A stretch of 64,000 bases of DNA. Origin: a virus (taxonomy: Duplodnaviria > Caudoviricetes). The position numbers were made by a program, and so were the translations under genes. The notes beneath the pieces were generated by a model. It saw nothing but the letters and a program-made list of their open reading frames with translations, was not told the DNA's origin and did not search any database. Shown piece after piece: positions 45,501 through 56,196 of the stretch. Numbering within the stretch: the stretch's first letter is position 1; every line of letters starts with the position of its first letter. The stretch lies in the IMG/VR virus record IMGVR_UViG_3300048691_000224. One strand, given 5' to 3'.

Positions 45501-45534
45501 TGATACATTAACAGCTACAAACCTCAGACAGTAA
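42514..45534 (+). CDS. baseplate wedge subunit (gp6-like)
   Basis: YDEIKQ.LISYL, QLAAMMGY.P.R, LVFGDG, QDRMV..QD motifs. Confidence 0.85.
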   Translation: MPAAPNTNFAEQWQSTYDVLKKSISYKQFDYDEIKQVLISYLRTYHPEYFNNLIETDEMLPLIELFAYVGELFAYRVDVNTQEHILGNVTRKSSALQLAAMMGYTPSRRTPATGLVKIDTLTTTESIIDQQGVDLKNKAVKWNDQTNSNWQLQFELILNKIVNNKTGIINDSDKLNLDGTIVEKFSLNVAPTANGVYRYTVNLDKLNLPMELVPVKLTESAIAEYPASGDRSLDILRLNDGFGVGSRNTGYFFLTKQGHLSPTPLFFDGATVNHTDALRINGINDTDVWLAELTSSGDFVRHWTQVDNIAYNSPTNDRNVFQVETLEGDGIQLVFGDGNYSNVPTGHFTLWTRASEALTQSIPVSVIQKRVMILEYQDLYGNKQRCTVQFSLTTPIENQSESESIRKLQRAVPGVYYTQDRMVNAQDHEGYLLQDPSIVKIKAVNRSFTGQSKYSGWNDGSEVYENVKIFSNDGAFYFKPTIKLKEVLNPNNSIPTIVFALTHVEPLLAAPDLWLGIVQRNAANVQVRTYLTIPERSQLVNALDLLTSGGTVGFKWDITTNTWIIGLNLTVTPDITINVMTSTRGWVITSYTAATIFSSATTKFWNYSLGSQLDYDTLLPTADRITILKANVNKTKNGVLTDDVVFKVAGNVVTYSSLPNQTTVDLSKVELIGSDSNGDGFPEDLAAESLLNSIYTFAVPQNSAIDLTLPDKYLRGFGDVSAVYGNSDPVTWEEDPTGMSGQLVNIIKIADTRSNTQITVVVRDFVYLSRPNTNSDFIIQEDTDSVRLNYAYDFAHNLYIRYPGRKDLNFLWEHYTDSFNLVDPVHTNVNDLYIITKQYYVDTLNWLQSDAPQPEVPSYFQLKTSYSAYLQNAMMSDEVILRPGKFKVLYGKNAPPQSRAKIQLVVNNLSTSSDMVKTDVISLIRQYFDISNIAFGDQLFFSSLAAYVQTNTKYDIRSMLLVPLYPEFQFGDLYQVQSAADEILIADVSAVDIQIVDTLTATNLRQ

Positions 45535-45556
45535 GGTTATCAGAATCATCGCACTC

Positions 45557-45593
45557 TATAAATACTACACTCCTTGATCGTGGTGTAGTATTT
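45557..45593 (+). promoter_or_regulatory. late promoter TATAAATA overlapping the left arm of an 11-bp terminator-like hairpin
   Basis: AAATACTACAC (45560-45570) / GTGTAGTATTT (45583-45593) followed by TT. Confidence 0.7.
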
Positions 45594-45655
45594 TTCTGTG
45601 CGTCCACTACGTATCTAGCCCTAGTACTCCGATACTCACTAAAGGTGCCTGAATA

Positions 45656-48600
45656 ATGTTTGAAGAATTTGGTAGCGACTATACACGCAAGAACTTGGAT
45701 TTAGATTCGCTGCTCCCTGGTGTGAATCAGTCTGAAGTATCTAGTAGCATGTTATCTACGGTATTTCAACGATGGCTTACCAAACCTGAAGTTACAAATG
45801 TTGCCGGTACGATTGGATTTCCACTGACAAATGTATCTGAAGCTATCCTGGAAACTACAACAGGCCGCCAAGCCTACCAACTGTCGCCAGTATACTCAGT
45901 ACAGTATGGAACAGAAGAAACGATCTTAAATTGGGCTGACATTCTGCGCAAAGCTGCCCATACTGGCATTGATCCTACTAGATATCGTGAATGGGGCAAG
46001 GTTAGTCAAATGAATTTTGCTCCACCCATCGCGCTGGATAAATTTATCCACTATAACGACTATTTCTGGGCAAACCCTGACAACGTCACTGAGAAACCAG
46101 ATTACGTCACGATTACACGTGATGTGGCTGTACCCAATGCTTGGAGTGCATCCAATAAGTGGTACACTCAAACTCAGATCGAATCCCCATTCTTGTATGG
46201 GTTGTCGACAAATCCCACAGCATCATGGACAGGAATTGCAAAACAAGCAGTTCTACCTATAATTGAGTTTGATGACATCGAGCTCAATGCCTGGTCACAA
46301 GTACACAGGACCTGGAATCACCGACAAACACTTTCAGATCAGTGGACGACATCAATTACAGATCCGACTGATCTACAAATTCAAGATCCGTTGTTTCCAC
46401 TATTGTGGGAACTTGTTGATGAGAGAGTATCACCATGTGTGCACCAACCACTACTACTGACTCCACACGCCTCACAACTCATCACTCAACCAACAACTCA
46501 AGTATACTGCCCAGCCTTTCTATTTGGACAGGATGCTATCATAGTTCATCACAATGGGAAGCGCGTATTCAACTATATTGAAGTTGAAACTCCTGGGTCC
46601 CAATATAGTACAGAAATTCAATTTCTGACCCCTGTTGTTGGTAGCGTGGAAATTTTCCACGGAGCTCAAACCGCGGCAGACGTTGGTAGAGAAGATGTGG
46701 TTACAAAAGTGCTATCATCAGCGGCTGTATTCACAGACTTTGCTGGTATTGAAGTCTCGGGTACTATTAGAAAAAATCTAACCAAGTATCGATACACTGA
46801 CCAGGTAAAGTCTGCATACTCTCAACAACCCAGGTTTAATTTGTATGATGTTGCTACGAGTGAGTTGCACTCAATTGGTACCATATGGGAATATGTTGGA
46901 GACCCCGATGCGGGAGTTACACCTCAACTCAACAAACGCATTTGGGTATCAAATGGCCGTGAAGACTTCAAGTTTTCGACTGACCTCACTACAACCACAA
47001 ACGAGTTGTTGGCCTTCAAACACAGTTCAAACTTCAGCACAATCTGGAGAGGGCCACACCAATATGTTCCACGCTATGTGAATCAAGATAGGGTTGCTGA
47101 TGGCGAACTGCCTGGAGTTTCTGTCCCGCCTGGGTCGGGGACTTGGGAACCATCACCACTGCTGGCAGCGAACCCTATGCGCGAAACTCGCCGAGTTGTT
47201 AGATATAGTGAGATTGCTCCCCATTTCAAGTCAATTAGCGAACATCAACCACCCACTGGTGGTGCTCCGACAGATTGGTCGCTCGGTGGAATCATTAAGA
47301 TAGCGCACGGTGGAGAAATTCATTGGATATCGTCAATGATTGCTAAGCACATTGCAATGCCTAATCTGATTAACTTCATTATCGATCAAACCTACGCACA
47401 CACAGCATTCGTCGAGCAGCAGGCTACATTATTGTTGGCGGATCTAATTGCTACTGCGGAACACAACGCTGAAACGATTGCGGCTGTAATATACAGTTCG
47501 ATTAAAACCGCTGCAGTGACTAGCGGTACAAATGATTTAGTGTTCCAAGATTCAGCAACCTATAATGTGACCACGGGCGTGGGCTTTCCAAATTTAGTAC
47601 CGTCGCTAGCTATGTATGGCATTGTACCACTCACTACTCCAACTCTGGTCGCAGACCCATCACTTGGTGTAATATCACTAACCTCCCACACAGGATCCAA
47701 GCGTATCCTAGCAGTCAACAAAGCCAGGCATGACTCGGTAGTATCTAGTGTAGTAGCGACAGGATCTGTTGTGACAGCAAATGTCCCACCACTTCCTATA
47801 GCTAGAAATGCTCTCTGGTTGAACACATCAACCAACCAACTAATGAGTTTGGTAGTCGACTACATCGCAACTTCAGCACCACAAGGCCTAATCCCAACTG
47901 GTAAGTTCTGGTTAGAAACGCCAACAAATGTACTGTACCAAATGACTAATTTGGGTTGGGCAATCGTACCTACCATTCGTGCGTGGCACACCCTCGACAC
48001 TGCTGTCATACTAGCGCAAGTGCAGCTATTGTTTGAGACAGACCTGCACAAGCGAACCCTGGAGCGTAATCCACAACCACTTTCGTTACTGGATATTAAC
48101 ACGCAGCACACAGCACTCGAAGCTAGTGGGTTGACCAAAGCATATCAAACCGCCTACAAGCGATTGGTACGCACCCGAAATCAGACTAATGCACTAACTC
48201 GATCGTATGTTGCTACAAAGGCGTTTACGTGGTGGTACGGCAATACATTCACCCCCGCTATCAACGCACCTTACCCAACCATTCCCGTCGAGTGGGCAAA
48301 TACTACATTGGAGATTTACTCCAATCTATATGGAACCTCATACCCGCACCGCGAACCATGGCGTCTGCAGGGTTACATAAACGAACCCACCTGGTGGAAG
48401 GTTGAGTACTCTGACCAATCTCGGTTTCGAGTGTGGACTCAGACAATGTGGGAAAATATTGCTCAAGGGATTGTCCCACCTGGATATCCTCTGCCAGACG
48501 ATGTTGCTATTTCAAGTGGAGTAGCAGGCGAAGTATTGGGTTGTGTTAGAACATCAGTCAATACAACTGACTATACAACTTCTGATGGAATTTTACCAGA

Positions 48601-50695
48601 CGGTCTGCTTCCGCCTTATTGGGTGCCCGTATCACCGACTGATCAACAAGTAGACGGGCAGCAGTTATTGACAAATATATCTGCGATAGGATCCACCACT
48701 CCTCCATCAGTACTCCCATATAGAGCAGGTAGCAACTTGGAGTTTATCTGGAGATGGTCTGACGACTTCGTCAGAGCTCAACTACAAACAGCACACGCAG
48801 CAGATCCTTTTGAATTCTACAAATTGGTGGTCATGCAAGCTGACACCATTGTAGTTGGTGGGTTAACAATCAATACCAATACTCGCAATGTCCACTCTCA
48901 ACTAGACTCCCTACTTGGTGACAATCTCCACTCGGACAGATCACTAATGAGTCTTGTTGTACTCTTCAGCAGATACAACAATTTGTTGAGCGTCAACGAT
49001 TCACCCCTACTTGCTTGGAAGTCTTGGACTACCAAGCTTGCTTATCAAACAGGCTCACTAATAGTTCCTCAGACTCTCCGAATATATGAAGAGTGTTCAC
49101 CACTGACAAACTACAAACTTGCACTCAAGCGCACCGAGAATGTAAAAACTATATCATTCTCAAATCTTATCGTGACACTCAATAAGGCAGGATCCCCACT
49201 CACGCTACCTGCAGGTACTGGAGACGATTGGGAATATAAGATCGATACTTCTGAGTCCATTGTGGAAACCCGCCGCCGGTACGGAATGTTGAGACGCTCC
49301 GTGACATGGAAGCCTTCCCTACTCGCATTTCAATGTGTGGGTAGTGCACCTTGGATTACAGGAGAAACAATTACTATAGTAATTGATGGAGTGTCTAGTG
49401 TATTATATGTGCGCAATATGCCGCATATTACAACCTCTTCACACAGCTTTTTCCAACTATGTGACGACATCGACCAAGCACTAATATCCCAAGGGACTAC
49501 AGCAGTGTTTGGAATGAACGAATTCGTTGCAGAAGCTAAATCTATAGAGTCAACATTTCACTCAGCTGTTGATAATGTGAAGCGAGTTTGGGAGTATATT
49601 GTTCCGGATAGAAATGAAATTATCCCATTTGAGTTTCCAGTAGTTGTTACCGGTGTACAGAATCTAATTGACTTCATTCACTCGTATGTGCGGTTCATGG
49701 AGGATGATGGTGTTGTGTTTGCTTATGGCGGAAACCCAACGTACGATCCTGATACTCAAGAATTGGTAGACTGGAACCAGCAAGTTAGACGAATGTTGAG
49801 TACCATATACAATTCATATGGACTGTCAAATCGGAGATATGTACCTGAAGATTCATACAATACTCGACTAGCACTAGATATTCCGTATGTAGAACTCAAT
49901 CCATTCCGTGATCGAATCTGGGTGAATACTCCCGAAGGTGTGATATGTAACATTTACAATACTCCATACACTACCGAACTGCAATCCACAGCGGCAATAT
50001 ATGATGATATTGGCGATCCGATCACCTCTGATGTAGTTCCGCTGCGTACTGACAGAATCACTACATTCTTTTACGAAAATAAGAATCGTGTAGGCAATGC
50101 AGTACCAAATCAAAACAAATTCCAACATATTGGTTCAGGTAAAGTGTCTGTTGATTACTATGAACACGCGCTACTCTTCGATGCTCAGACTGCTGGTGGG
50201 CTCGTTATCTATGATCCATTTCTAAATATCCAGAAACCTACAATGAGGTTGGAATTTCAGCGCAGTTCTAGACACTTCTACCGCCCAACCATGGGTGGAT
50301 TTGTAGTAACCCCTAACACTACTCTACCAAATCTGGAAACAACCGCCCAATACCAACGCCAGGATTGGAATGTTAATAATAGCAATGAGTTGATCCAGTC
50401 TACTACAGACGTTCGCACAGGCATGGGTAAGCTTCCGCTCTCATATTTTCAGAATGTCCCAGTTACATCCAAGACTGAGTTTCAATTTTGGCAAAAGATG
50501 ATCCGCCAAAAGGGTACCAAAGGTGTTGTGGATGTTTTCACTAAGCATACTCTGTATGACCAAAAAGAAGTAGATGAGTTTTGGGCATGGAAGTTAGGTA
50601 CTTTCGGCACCGTCCATCAGAGAGATCAAATAGCTTTCAACATCACTTCAGATGATTTATTGAATGATTTTTGCAACTTCAGGTTCAGTACGTGA
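45656..50695 (+). CDS. large virion / baseplate protein (1679 aa)
   Basis: Follows gp6-like gene; jumbo-phage-type blocks PHREPW...P.WW, MIRQKGT, EFWAWKLG.FG. Confidence 0.75.
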   Translation: MFEEFGSDYTRKNLDLDSLLPGVNQSEVSSSMLSTVFQRWLTKPEVTNVAGTIGFPLTNVSEAILETTTGRQAYQLSPVYSVQYGTEETILNWADILRKAAHTGIDPTRYREWGKVSQMNFAPPIALDKFIHYNDYFWANPDNVTEKPDYVTITRDVAVPNAWSASNKWYTQTQIESPFLYGLSTNPTASWTGIAKQAVLPIIEFDDIELNAWSQVHRTWNHRQTLSDQWTTSITDPTDLQIQDPLFPLLWELVDERVSPCVHQPLLLTPHASQLITQPTTQVYCPAFLFGQDAIIVHHNGKRVFNYIEVETPGSQYSTEIQFLTPVVGSVEIFHGAQTAADVGREDVVTKVLSSAAVFTDFAGIEVSGTIRKNLTKYRYTDQVKSAYSQQPRFNLYDVATSELHSIGTIWEYVGDPDAGVTPQLNKRIWVSNGREDFKFSTDLTTTTNELLAFKHSSNFSTIWRGPHQYVPRYVNQDRVADGELPGVSVPPGSGTWEPSPLLAANPMRETRRVVRYSEIAPHFKSISEHQPPTGGAPTDWSLGGIIKIAHGGEIHWISSMIAKHIAMPNLINFIIDQTYAHTAFVEQQATLLLADLIATAEHNAETIAAVIYSSIKTAAVTSGTNDLVFQDSATYNVTTGVGFPNLVPSLAMYGIVPLTTPTLVADPSLGVISLTSHTGSKRILAVNKARHDSVVSSVVATGSVVTANVPPLPIARNALWLNTSTNQLMSLVVDYIATSAPQGLIPTGKFWLETPTNVLYQMTNLGWAIVPTIRAWHTLDTAVILAQVQLLFETDLHKRTLERNPQPLSLLDINTQHTALEASGLTKAYQTAYKRLVRTRNQTNALTRSYVATKAFTWWYGNTFTPAINAPYPTIPVEWANTTLEIYSNLYGTSYPHREPWRLQGYINEPTWWKVEYSDQSRFRVWTQTMWENIAQGIVPPGYPLPDDVAISSGVAGEVLGCVRTSVNTTDYTTSDGILPDGLLPPYWVPVSPTDQQVDGQQLLTNISAIGSTTPPSVLPYRAGSNLEFIWRWSDDFVRAQLQTAHAADPFEFYKLVVMQADTIVVGGLTINTNTRNVHSQLDSLLGDNLHSDRSLMSLVVLFSRYNNLLSVNDSPLLAWKSWTTKLAYQTGSLIVPQTLRIYEECSPLTNYKLALKRTENVKTISFSNLIVTLNKAGSPLTLPAGTGDDWEYKIDTSESIVETRRRYGMLRRSVTWKPSLLAFQCVGSAPWITGETITIVIDGVSSVLYVRNMPHITTSSHSFFQLCDDIDQALISQGTTAVFGMNEFVAEAKSIESTFHSAVDNVKRVWEYIVPDRNEIIPFEFPVVVTGVQNLIDFIHSYVRFMEDDGVVFAYGGNPTYDPDTQELVDWNQQVRRMLSTIYNSYGLSNRRYVPEDSYNTRLALDIPYVELNPFRDRIWVNTPEGVICNIYNTPYTTELQSTAAIYDDIGDPITSDVVPLRTDRITTFFYENKNRVGNAVPNQNKFQHIGSGKVSVDYYEHALLFDAQTAGGLVIYDPFLNIQKPTMRLEFQRSSRHFYRPTMGGFVVTPNTTLPNLETTAQYQRQDWNVNNSNELIQSTTDVRTGMGKLPLSYFQNVPVTSKTEFQFWQKMIRQKGTKGVVDVFTKHTLYDQKEVDEFWAWKLGTFGTVHQRDQIAFNITSDDLLNDFCNFRFST

Positions 50696-50774
50696 TAGTT
50701 TTGATTAAATACACCTAACATCAGAACTCACTACCGAACTCTGTCACCAGTCTGACTGAGTAAACACCGACACT

Positions 50775-53312
50775 ATGGCTAAAAATCCCGGAATATCAAA
50801 CCTCAATGAGGTTCGTGAACAACTCGCAGAGCAATCACCGGCGCTAAGTGTGGCGTATTCGGAGATAGACACCGATTTCCCAGTGTCTGATATATTCAGT
50901 ACCGATCAAGCTAGGTGGATTGACTATCCAAATTACTCCAATAGAATCGACACTACTGTTGGTGTCCAATTTGCCGCCGAAATCCTTCCACCTAACGTTT
51001 ATGTAATCGATCGCAGCGCTAGCGCTACTAATTTGACCACAATGTCATTCGCTTCCCGACTAGCTCATGGCCTGCTCGGTGATCAAGTTGATGTCAAGTT
51101 GTTCATGTTTGATACTGTATTACGAGACACTCAGGTTGTATCGTCAGATATCCAGCGGATATTCACATTTACTAGCAATATTCCAATAAACACCATAAAC
51201 ACCCCATTTACATCCAAACTGTATGTTGGGTCTACTGAGATTACAGGTTTCACACTCAACGGACTAACGGTCACACTCGCCGCCCCGGTAGCAATTGGTG
51301 TTGAATTGACGCTACTACTAGCAGTGGACGCGAGACCAACAGTAATACAACTAAATGACCCATCGGATTATGTAGTTATTAACAACGAACTAATTCACTG
51401 GACATATGACATCGCGACCTGGGTACCAGCTTCTGGCATTGCGTTCGTTGTAATTCAACCAATGCTGCCGAGATATTCAAAATATGCTCCAATTCGAATC
51501 ATAAACAACCACGATAAATCTATCGTGAAGTCGCTCAACCGGTGGGATCCTAAATTCAACCTACATTCTCGTTCGATTAATCAAATTGATGTAACATCAG
51601 ATACTGACCCAGCCATATACTCAGTCGACAAATTAGTGACGAGCGACGGCTCTCCTGGCAATCAATGGACATCACACCAGCAAGGTACATACTGGTGGGC
51701 TACCAACACAAGGTTGTACCGCCCTTATAACGATACTCACATTGCATCATTCGATCAAGCTACCTCGAGTTGGGGTCAGCTACACGAAGGTACTGAACTT
51801 GTGGTGTACCAATGGGTAGCATCAAACAAGCAGCCGTCTGCAGTCAAAGATTCTACAGAACCATATAGTAGGATACTATCCAAAACGCGAAAGTATAATG
51901 ATGTTGTGTTATGGGACGCAGGTACAACGCAAACAGTCTTCACATCTCTGACACCAATATTGTTCACAACCGGTAAACTGGTGTCTGTATACGAACGGGT
52001 AGGAACTGCCGGAAATAAAGTATCTACGGGAATCACACTAGGGCTGCCGTATGTTATAACCGTACTAACCCCAACTACTTTCATACTGGAAACAGAAGCC
52101 GGGGATCCGGTGATTAGTTTGACGACACCCATCGGCGACTTTCGGATCGCAGATAGTGATTGGGACGCATATCCCAGCATTGTCGAACCACCAGTTACAG
52201 AGAGATTTTACTGCTTCGACAATTCAGTGTTCCCAAACACTTATGTGAATCCAAAGTTTTATTTTCAACACCCCACGATGATCCGCCGCCTACCAGATGA
52301 TGATAATGTTATCGTCTGGGTTAATGGCCTCGAATCCCCTTACGTACTTGATCAGGACGACCTATCTGTTACGATACTGAATGATGTTGGTGAGCCATCT
52401 ACCGATCTTGGTCCGCAAGACATAATCGATGTGCAGCTGCTGGAACCAACACCAACAATACGAAAGACCACCACAGATCTAATTGACACCAATAATATGA
52501 TCACGTACTACGTCAGAGACTTCCCGTACTCTGAACGAGATGATGGTGTGACTACAACATACTACTTCTGGATTCGGAAGTATGATGTTATTCCAACGGG
52601 GAAAACTCTCACCACTACTGATGTTGAACTCGACTTAGCTGTGGGGGACAGTAGAGAGTTTTTCGTGCTACGCAACCCAAACCGCACAGCTACAGGTGAG
52701 TTCGTGTATGACATTATTACCACTAAGGGATTATTTGATCTGAATAGTCCTAAACCTCACGCATACTCCATTGCACTTGATTTGGATCCAAATATTCGTG
52801 CACGGTATGAGTCTGATACTAATCAGAAAGTTGCACATGATCAGTGGGTACTATTCCGACCCAAACAAAAAAATAAGATACTGCCAGCAATCTGGGCGCG
52901 AATAACTCAAACAATATCTGGTATAAACTCAGATGGTGAGATAGTACCGAGCTCAAGTAGAGCGACATACGACTTCTTGAACTCCACCCAAACTCAGTAT
53001 GGGTCGGGGCACGATCAGGTGATGTTTAGTACAACAGAGGCTCGTGAGCTATTTTTAGATTATATGCGAACTGCAAGTCTTGTAACAGAAGACCGCCACA
53101 CAATTCTCGAAATATTGGCAAGACCGTTAAATACCCCACACGATTACAATAGTGCATTGTTGATGATGTATCAGGCGTGCTTTCCAAGTACGATAAATGA
53201 TCTAACATTTTTGATAATTAATGTTGCAATGTATAAAGGGCACGAGCTTGTGGATTTAATGAAAACTAGTTACATATCACTAAATGCCTCACAGGAAGTT
53301 ATCTTAGGGTAA
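50775..53312 (+). CDS. virion / baseplate protein (845 aa)
   Basis: RWDP, DPAIY, GTYWW, WGQL..G...VYQWV, YYFW motifs; TTAAATA at 50705-50711. Confidence 0.7.
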   Translation: MAKNPGISNLNEVREQLAEQSPALSVAYSEIDTDFPVSDIFSTDQARWIDYPNYSNRIDTTVGVQFAAEILPPNVYVIDRSASATNLTTMSFASRLAHGLLGDQVDVKLFMFDTVLRDTQVVSSDIQRIFTFTSNIPINTINTPFTSKLYVGSTEITGFTLNGLTVTLAAPVAIGVELTLLLAVDARPTVIQLNDPSDYVVINNELIHWTYDIATWVPASGIAFVVIQPMLPRYSKYAPIRIINNHDKSIVKSLNRWDPKFNLHSRSINQIDVTSDTDPAIYSVDKLVTSDGSPGNQWTSHQQGTYWWATNTRLYRPYNDTHIASFDQATSSWGQLHEGTELVVYQWVASNKQPSAVKDSTEPYSRILSKTRKYNDVVLWDAGTTQTVFTSLTPILFTTGKLVSVYERVGTAGNKVSTGITLGLPYVITVLTPTTFILETEAGDPVISLTTPIGDFRIADSDWDAYPSIVEPPVTERFYCFDNSVFPNTYVNPKFYFQHPTMIRRLPDDDNVIVWVNGLESPYVLDQDDLSVTILNDVGEPSTDLGPQDIIDVQLLEPTPTIRKTTTDLIDTNNMITYYVRDFPYSERDDGVTTTYYFWIRKYDVIPTGKTLTTTDVELDLAVGDSREFFVLRNPNRTATGEFVYDIITTKGLFDLNSPKPHAYSIALDLDPNIRARYESDTNQKVAHDQWVLFRPKQKNKILPAIWARITQTISGINSDGEIVPSSSRATYDFLNSTQTQYGSGHDQVMFSTTEARELFLDYMRTASLVTEDRHTILEILARPLNTPHDYNSALLMMYQACFPSTINDLTFLIINVAMYKGHELVDLMKTSYISLNASQEVILG

Positions 53313-53319
53313 TCATCAG

Positions 53320-54171
53320 ATGAGCTCACTACTATTCTCCCCGTCGTGTCTTAGTCCTATTCAAGGGTTGGTTGACTTTACGCTAGACGCAAAGCCCTTC
53401 CATACCAAAATCTTATCAGCTGGAATTCAAATAAATTTCTCCGATGATTTGAATGTCGCTCCAGAGGAAGACTTCTTTTCGATTGTGCACCTCGGCTTCA
53501 ATCTACACACAGATAATTGTGACCAACCCCCTGATTGTTGTGTCATACAAGGTCTGGAGACGACCGTTCTTGAAGATTTGGGAATTGAGATGGATTCCCC
53601 AATATACTCAATTATCACTGACCCCAGAGGCTTGGATATTAATCCCGAAACGAACGCACCATATCGAAATCCACTATGGTACATCGGACTGAGTTCTGGG
53701 GGAGTTCCTGTGTTTTACGACTTCCCGATGTGTGATGTTGAACCAACGATATCAACTACCATGCCTGGTTGTGAAATTGGATTCGAGGTATATCCATATG
53801 AAACTACTGGATACGAATTTGGAGATCCGCTGTGTGAGGTTTATTGCGAACCTCAACCAGCATGTGAGACAGGGCTTGAGGGTGAGTTACTTGAATCAAA
53901 CCTACTCGAGTCGGGGACAATTGATTGTGAAGCCGTGTGTGGATACCAGCCAAGTATGAGGATTGGTCTTGAACTAGGAGAGTTGGAAGAATTTCCCATC
54001 GAGTATGCAGATCCAATCCCAACCGAAATTTGGTCTAACAACTATCACGGCCCTTGCACGGTACCTTCTACATCACCTTGCCCTGACATCTCTCATACGA
54101 CTGTATCAGCTGCAATGGTGGAGTTTTTCCAGGTTATTGAAGATGGTGTACTATTACTAGAGATTGGTTAA
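53320..54171 (+). CDS. highly acidic Cys/Pro-rich virion-associated protein
   Basis: 283 aa with 13 Cys and only 2 Lys + 3 Arg; KPFHTK motif near the N-terminus. Confidence 0.65.
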   Translation: MSSLLFSPSCLSPIQGLVDFTLDAKPFHTKILSAGIQINFSDDLNVAPEEDFFSIVHLGFNLHTDNCDQPPDCCVIQGLETTVLEDLGIEMDSPIYSIITDPRGLDINPETNAPYRNPLWYIGLSSGGVPVFYDFPMCDVEPTISTTMPGCEIGFEVYPYETTGYEFGDPLCEVYCEPQPACETGLEGELLESNLLESGTIDCEAVCGYQPSMRIGLELGELEEFPIEYADPIPTEIWSNNYHGPCTVPSTSPCPDISHTTVSAAMVEFFQVIEDGVLLLEIG

Positions 54172-54173
54172 AA

Positions 54174-54641
54174 ATGATACTCGAATCCACAATTCAACAA
54201 GTTCAGCAAGCTACGACAACCATGCCAAGTGATCGCGATGAGCGATCGAAAGGCGTCAAGTTAGTTGGATCGGTTGAGTGTAGTGCAGTTCCACCTGGAG
54301 TGCTATTCTCCGCTACTACGGCGACCAAACAACGTGTACATCTCAGAGTGCTTGACACTATTGAACAACCTGATGGCGTGCAGGTGCAACTTGTAGATGG
54401 TGAGTCGATAAACATACACCCGATCGACTCGAGGGGTGATAAAATACAACTTAATTGTACTTGTGAAGATTTTACATTTCGACTGGCACGAGCGAATTCG
54501 AGTGTAGGGGTTTTGTTTGGATCAATTAGCAAACCGTATATCAAGAAAACTAGTTCCCCTGTAAGCAACACATCCATTGGTATGTGTAAACACCTTATGA
54601 AATTAATTGCTACCCTCACAGCAAGTGGTATAATCAAGTAG
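54174..54641 (+). CDS. SWIM-type zinc-finger protein
   Basis: CTCEDF...MCKH (CxC..CxH). Confidence 0.7.
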   Translation: MILESTIQQVQQATTTMPSDRDERSKGVKLVGSVECSAVPPGVLFSATTATKQRVHLRVLDTIEQPDGVQVQLVDGESINIHPIDSRGDKIQLNCTCEDFTFRLARANSSVGVLFGSISKPYIKKTSSPVSNTSIGMCKHLMKLIATLTASGIIK

Positions 54642-54719
54642 TGATTTTGTAGTGATCTAGTAGAACGCACGATCTTTTGGCTAAATACACCACATCACTG
54701 AATATGTTGGTATTTGAAT

Positions 54720-56177
54720 ATGTTAGTTCCATTCCGTCAAGGTATTGTAAATTCTCAAAAACAAGGCTTAGTTCCTGGCTTTTTATCGGTCCAGGCTGGT
54801 AATATTACACTATTAGCTGACAACACTCCTTTGATAATGTGCTTTGCGCACGGCGCGAGTGATTATCTAATTTCCGTAGACTCAACCAAATTAAATGCTT
54901 GGACTGGATTCGGATCATCAAGCTATCCAACAGGGGTATCTTACTGGTTATATATTGACGTCGATCCAGCTACTGGTTTGATAACATACGGCCAGGTCCC
55001 AACCGCCCAAACCAACGCATCTAAAGCTCCTACAAACCCACTGCCTAACCAACACTGGTATGATATGAACAGTTCCAAGATGAAAGTTTGGACAGGCAAT
55101 ACATGGCAAGTTAGAATTCGACTTTTTGTTGCAGAGTTCACCAACTCCTCAACAATTTCATACATCCCGTATGGTACCCAAGTGGGTAAATCAACGAGCG
55201 TCAATGCAGGCCGCATTGCTTTTGACTCATATAGCAAGCCAATCAGAAAGAGTACGGGTGAATTTTTTACAACTGAAGACTCAATCTATGTAAATGGAAT
55301 CGTATCTGCACCTAACTCTTATGAGACCCGCCGTCTTGCTGTTACCGCCCTGGAGCCAATTCCAGCGAGATCGATCGTGGCACTTGCACAGTTCGATAAA
55401 GTTGTTGTAGCTCGATATGAAGATACTGGGACACGAGTACTAGGATTTGCAAACAATGCAATGGCTATTGGCCAGACAGAAGAAATTGTATTAAGTGGTG
55501 TGATCGAGAATACCGCATGGAACTTCTCGACAGTGAATGATAATATATGGGTAGAGCTTGGCCAGCCGGTTGTAGTGAGTCCTTTTGCAGTTACGTCTGG
55601 TCGAGGAATTCAACAGCCAATCGGTAAGGTAATTGCACCACAAAAGATTCGTTTTAATCCTCCAAATTTCCACATACCTACCGTGGCTGGTACCCCAACC
55701 GCTGGACCGACAAATATATGGATTACAACAATCGACACCAGTAATGCAGCAAACTTGCTGAGTTACGGTACCTATGACACGCACAAGTTCACTGGAAATA
55801 CAGTATCGAGTACTGCAATATTACCACCATCAGCACCACATCGGATGAAGTTAACCCCCGGGTACTATACATTTACATTCAATGGTGCGCTCTCAGCAGA
55901 TTTCATCGGCAATCCCCGAACTACCATCGCAGTTTCCAACGCTCCAACCGCGTGGCCACTACTGCCGGCCCAAGGATGGACATCTCAAAATACTGGTGGT
56001 GTATCGGACACGGAGACGGGTTTGACTGAAGTTGTTGAGTCGGTTACATACACAACGACCCTACTGGTGGTTGACGAAGTAGAGTTTGCGATTCAAAATA
56101 CATTAAACCCAAATACGCTAGTTCGAACTTCAGTCACAGGAACGTTGATTATCGAGCAACTCAATGTAACCATTTAA
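54720..56177 (+). CDS. virion structural protein
   Basis: FRQGIV N-terminus, QHWYD..S.KMKVW.G..W module; CTAAATA at 54681-54687. Confidence 0.7.
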   Translation: MLVPFRQGIVNSQKQGLVPGFLSVQAGNITLLADNTPLIMCFAHGASDYLISVDSTKLNAWTGFGSSSYPTGVSYWLYIDVDPATGLITYGQVPTAQTNASKAPTNPLPNQHWYDMNSSKMKVWTGNTWQVRIRLFVAEFTNSSTISYIPYGTQVGKSTSVNAGRIAFDSYSKPIRKSTGEFFTTEDSIYVNGIVSAPNSYETRRLAVTALEPIPARSIVALAQFDKVVVARYEDTGTRVLGFANNAMAIGQTEEIVLSGVIENTAWNFSTVNDNIWVELGQPVVVSPFAVTSGRGIQQPIGKVIAPQKIRFNPPNFHIPTVAGTPTAGPTNIWITTIDTSNAANLLSYGTYDTHKFTGNTVSSTAILPPSAPHRMKLTPGYYTFTFNGALSADFIGNPRTTIAVSNAPTAWPLLPAQGWTSQNTGGVSDTETGLTEVVESVTYTTTLLVVDEVEFAIQNTLNPNTLVRTSVTGTLIIEQLNVTI

Positions 56178-56196
56178 CGATAGTAAATCAAATATC

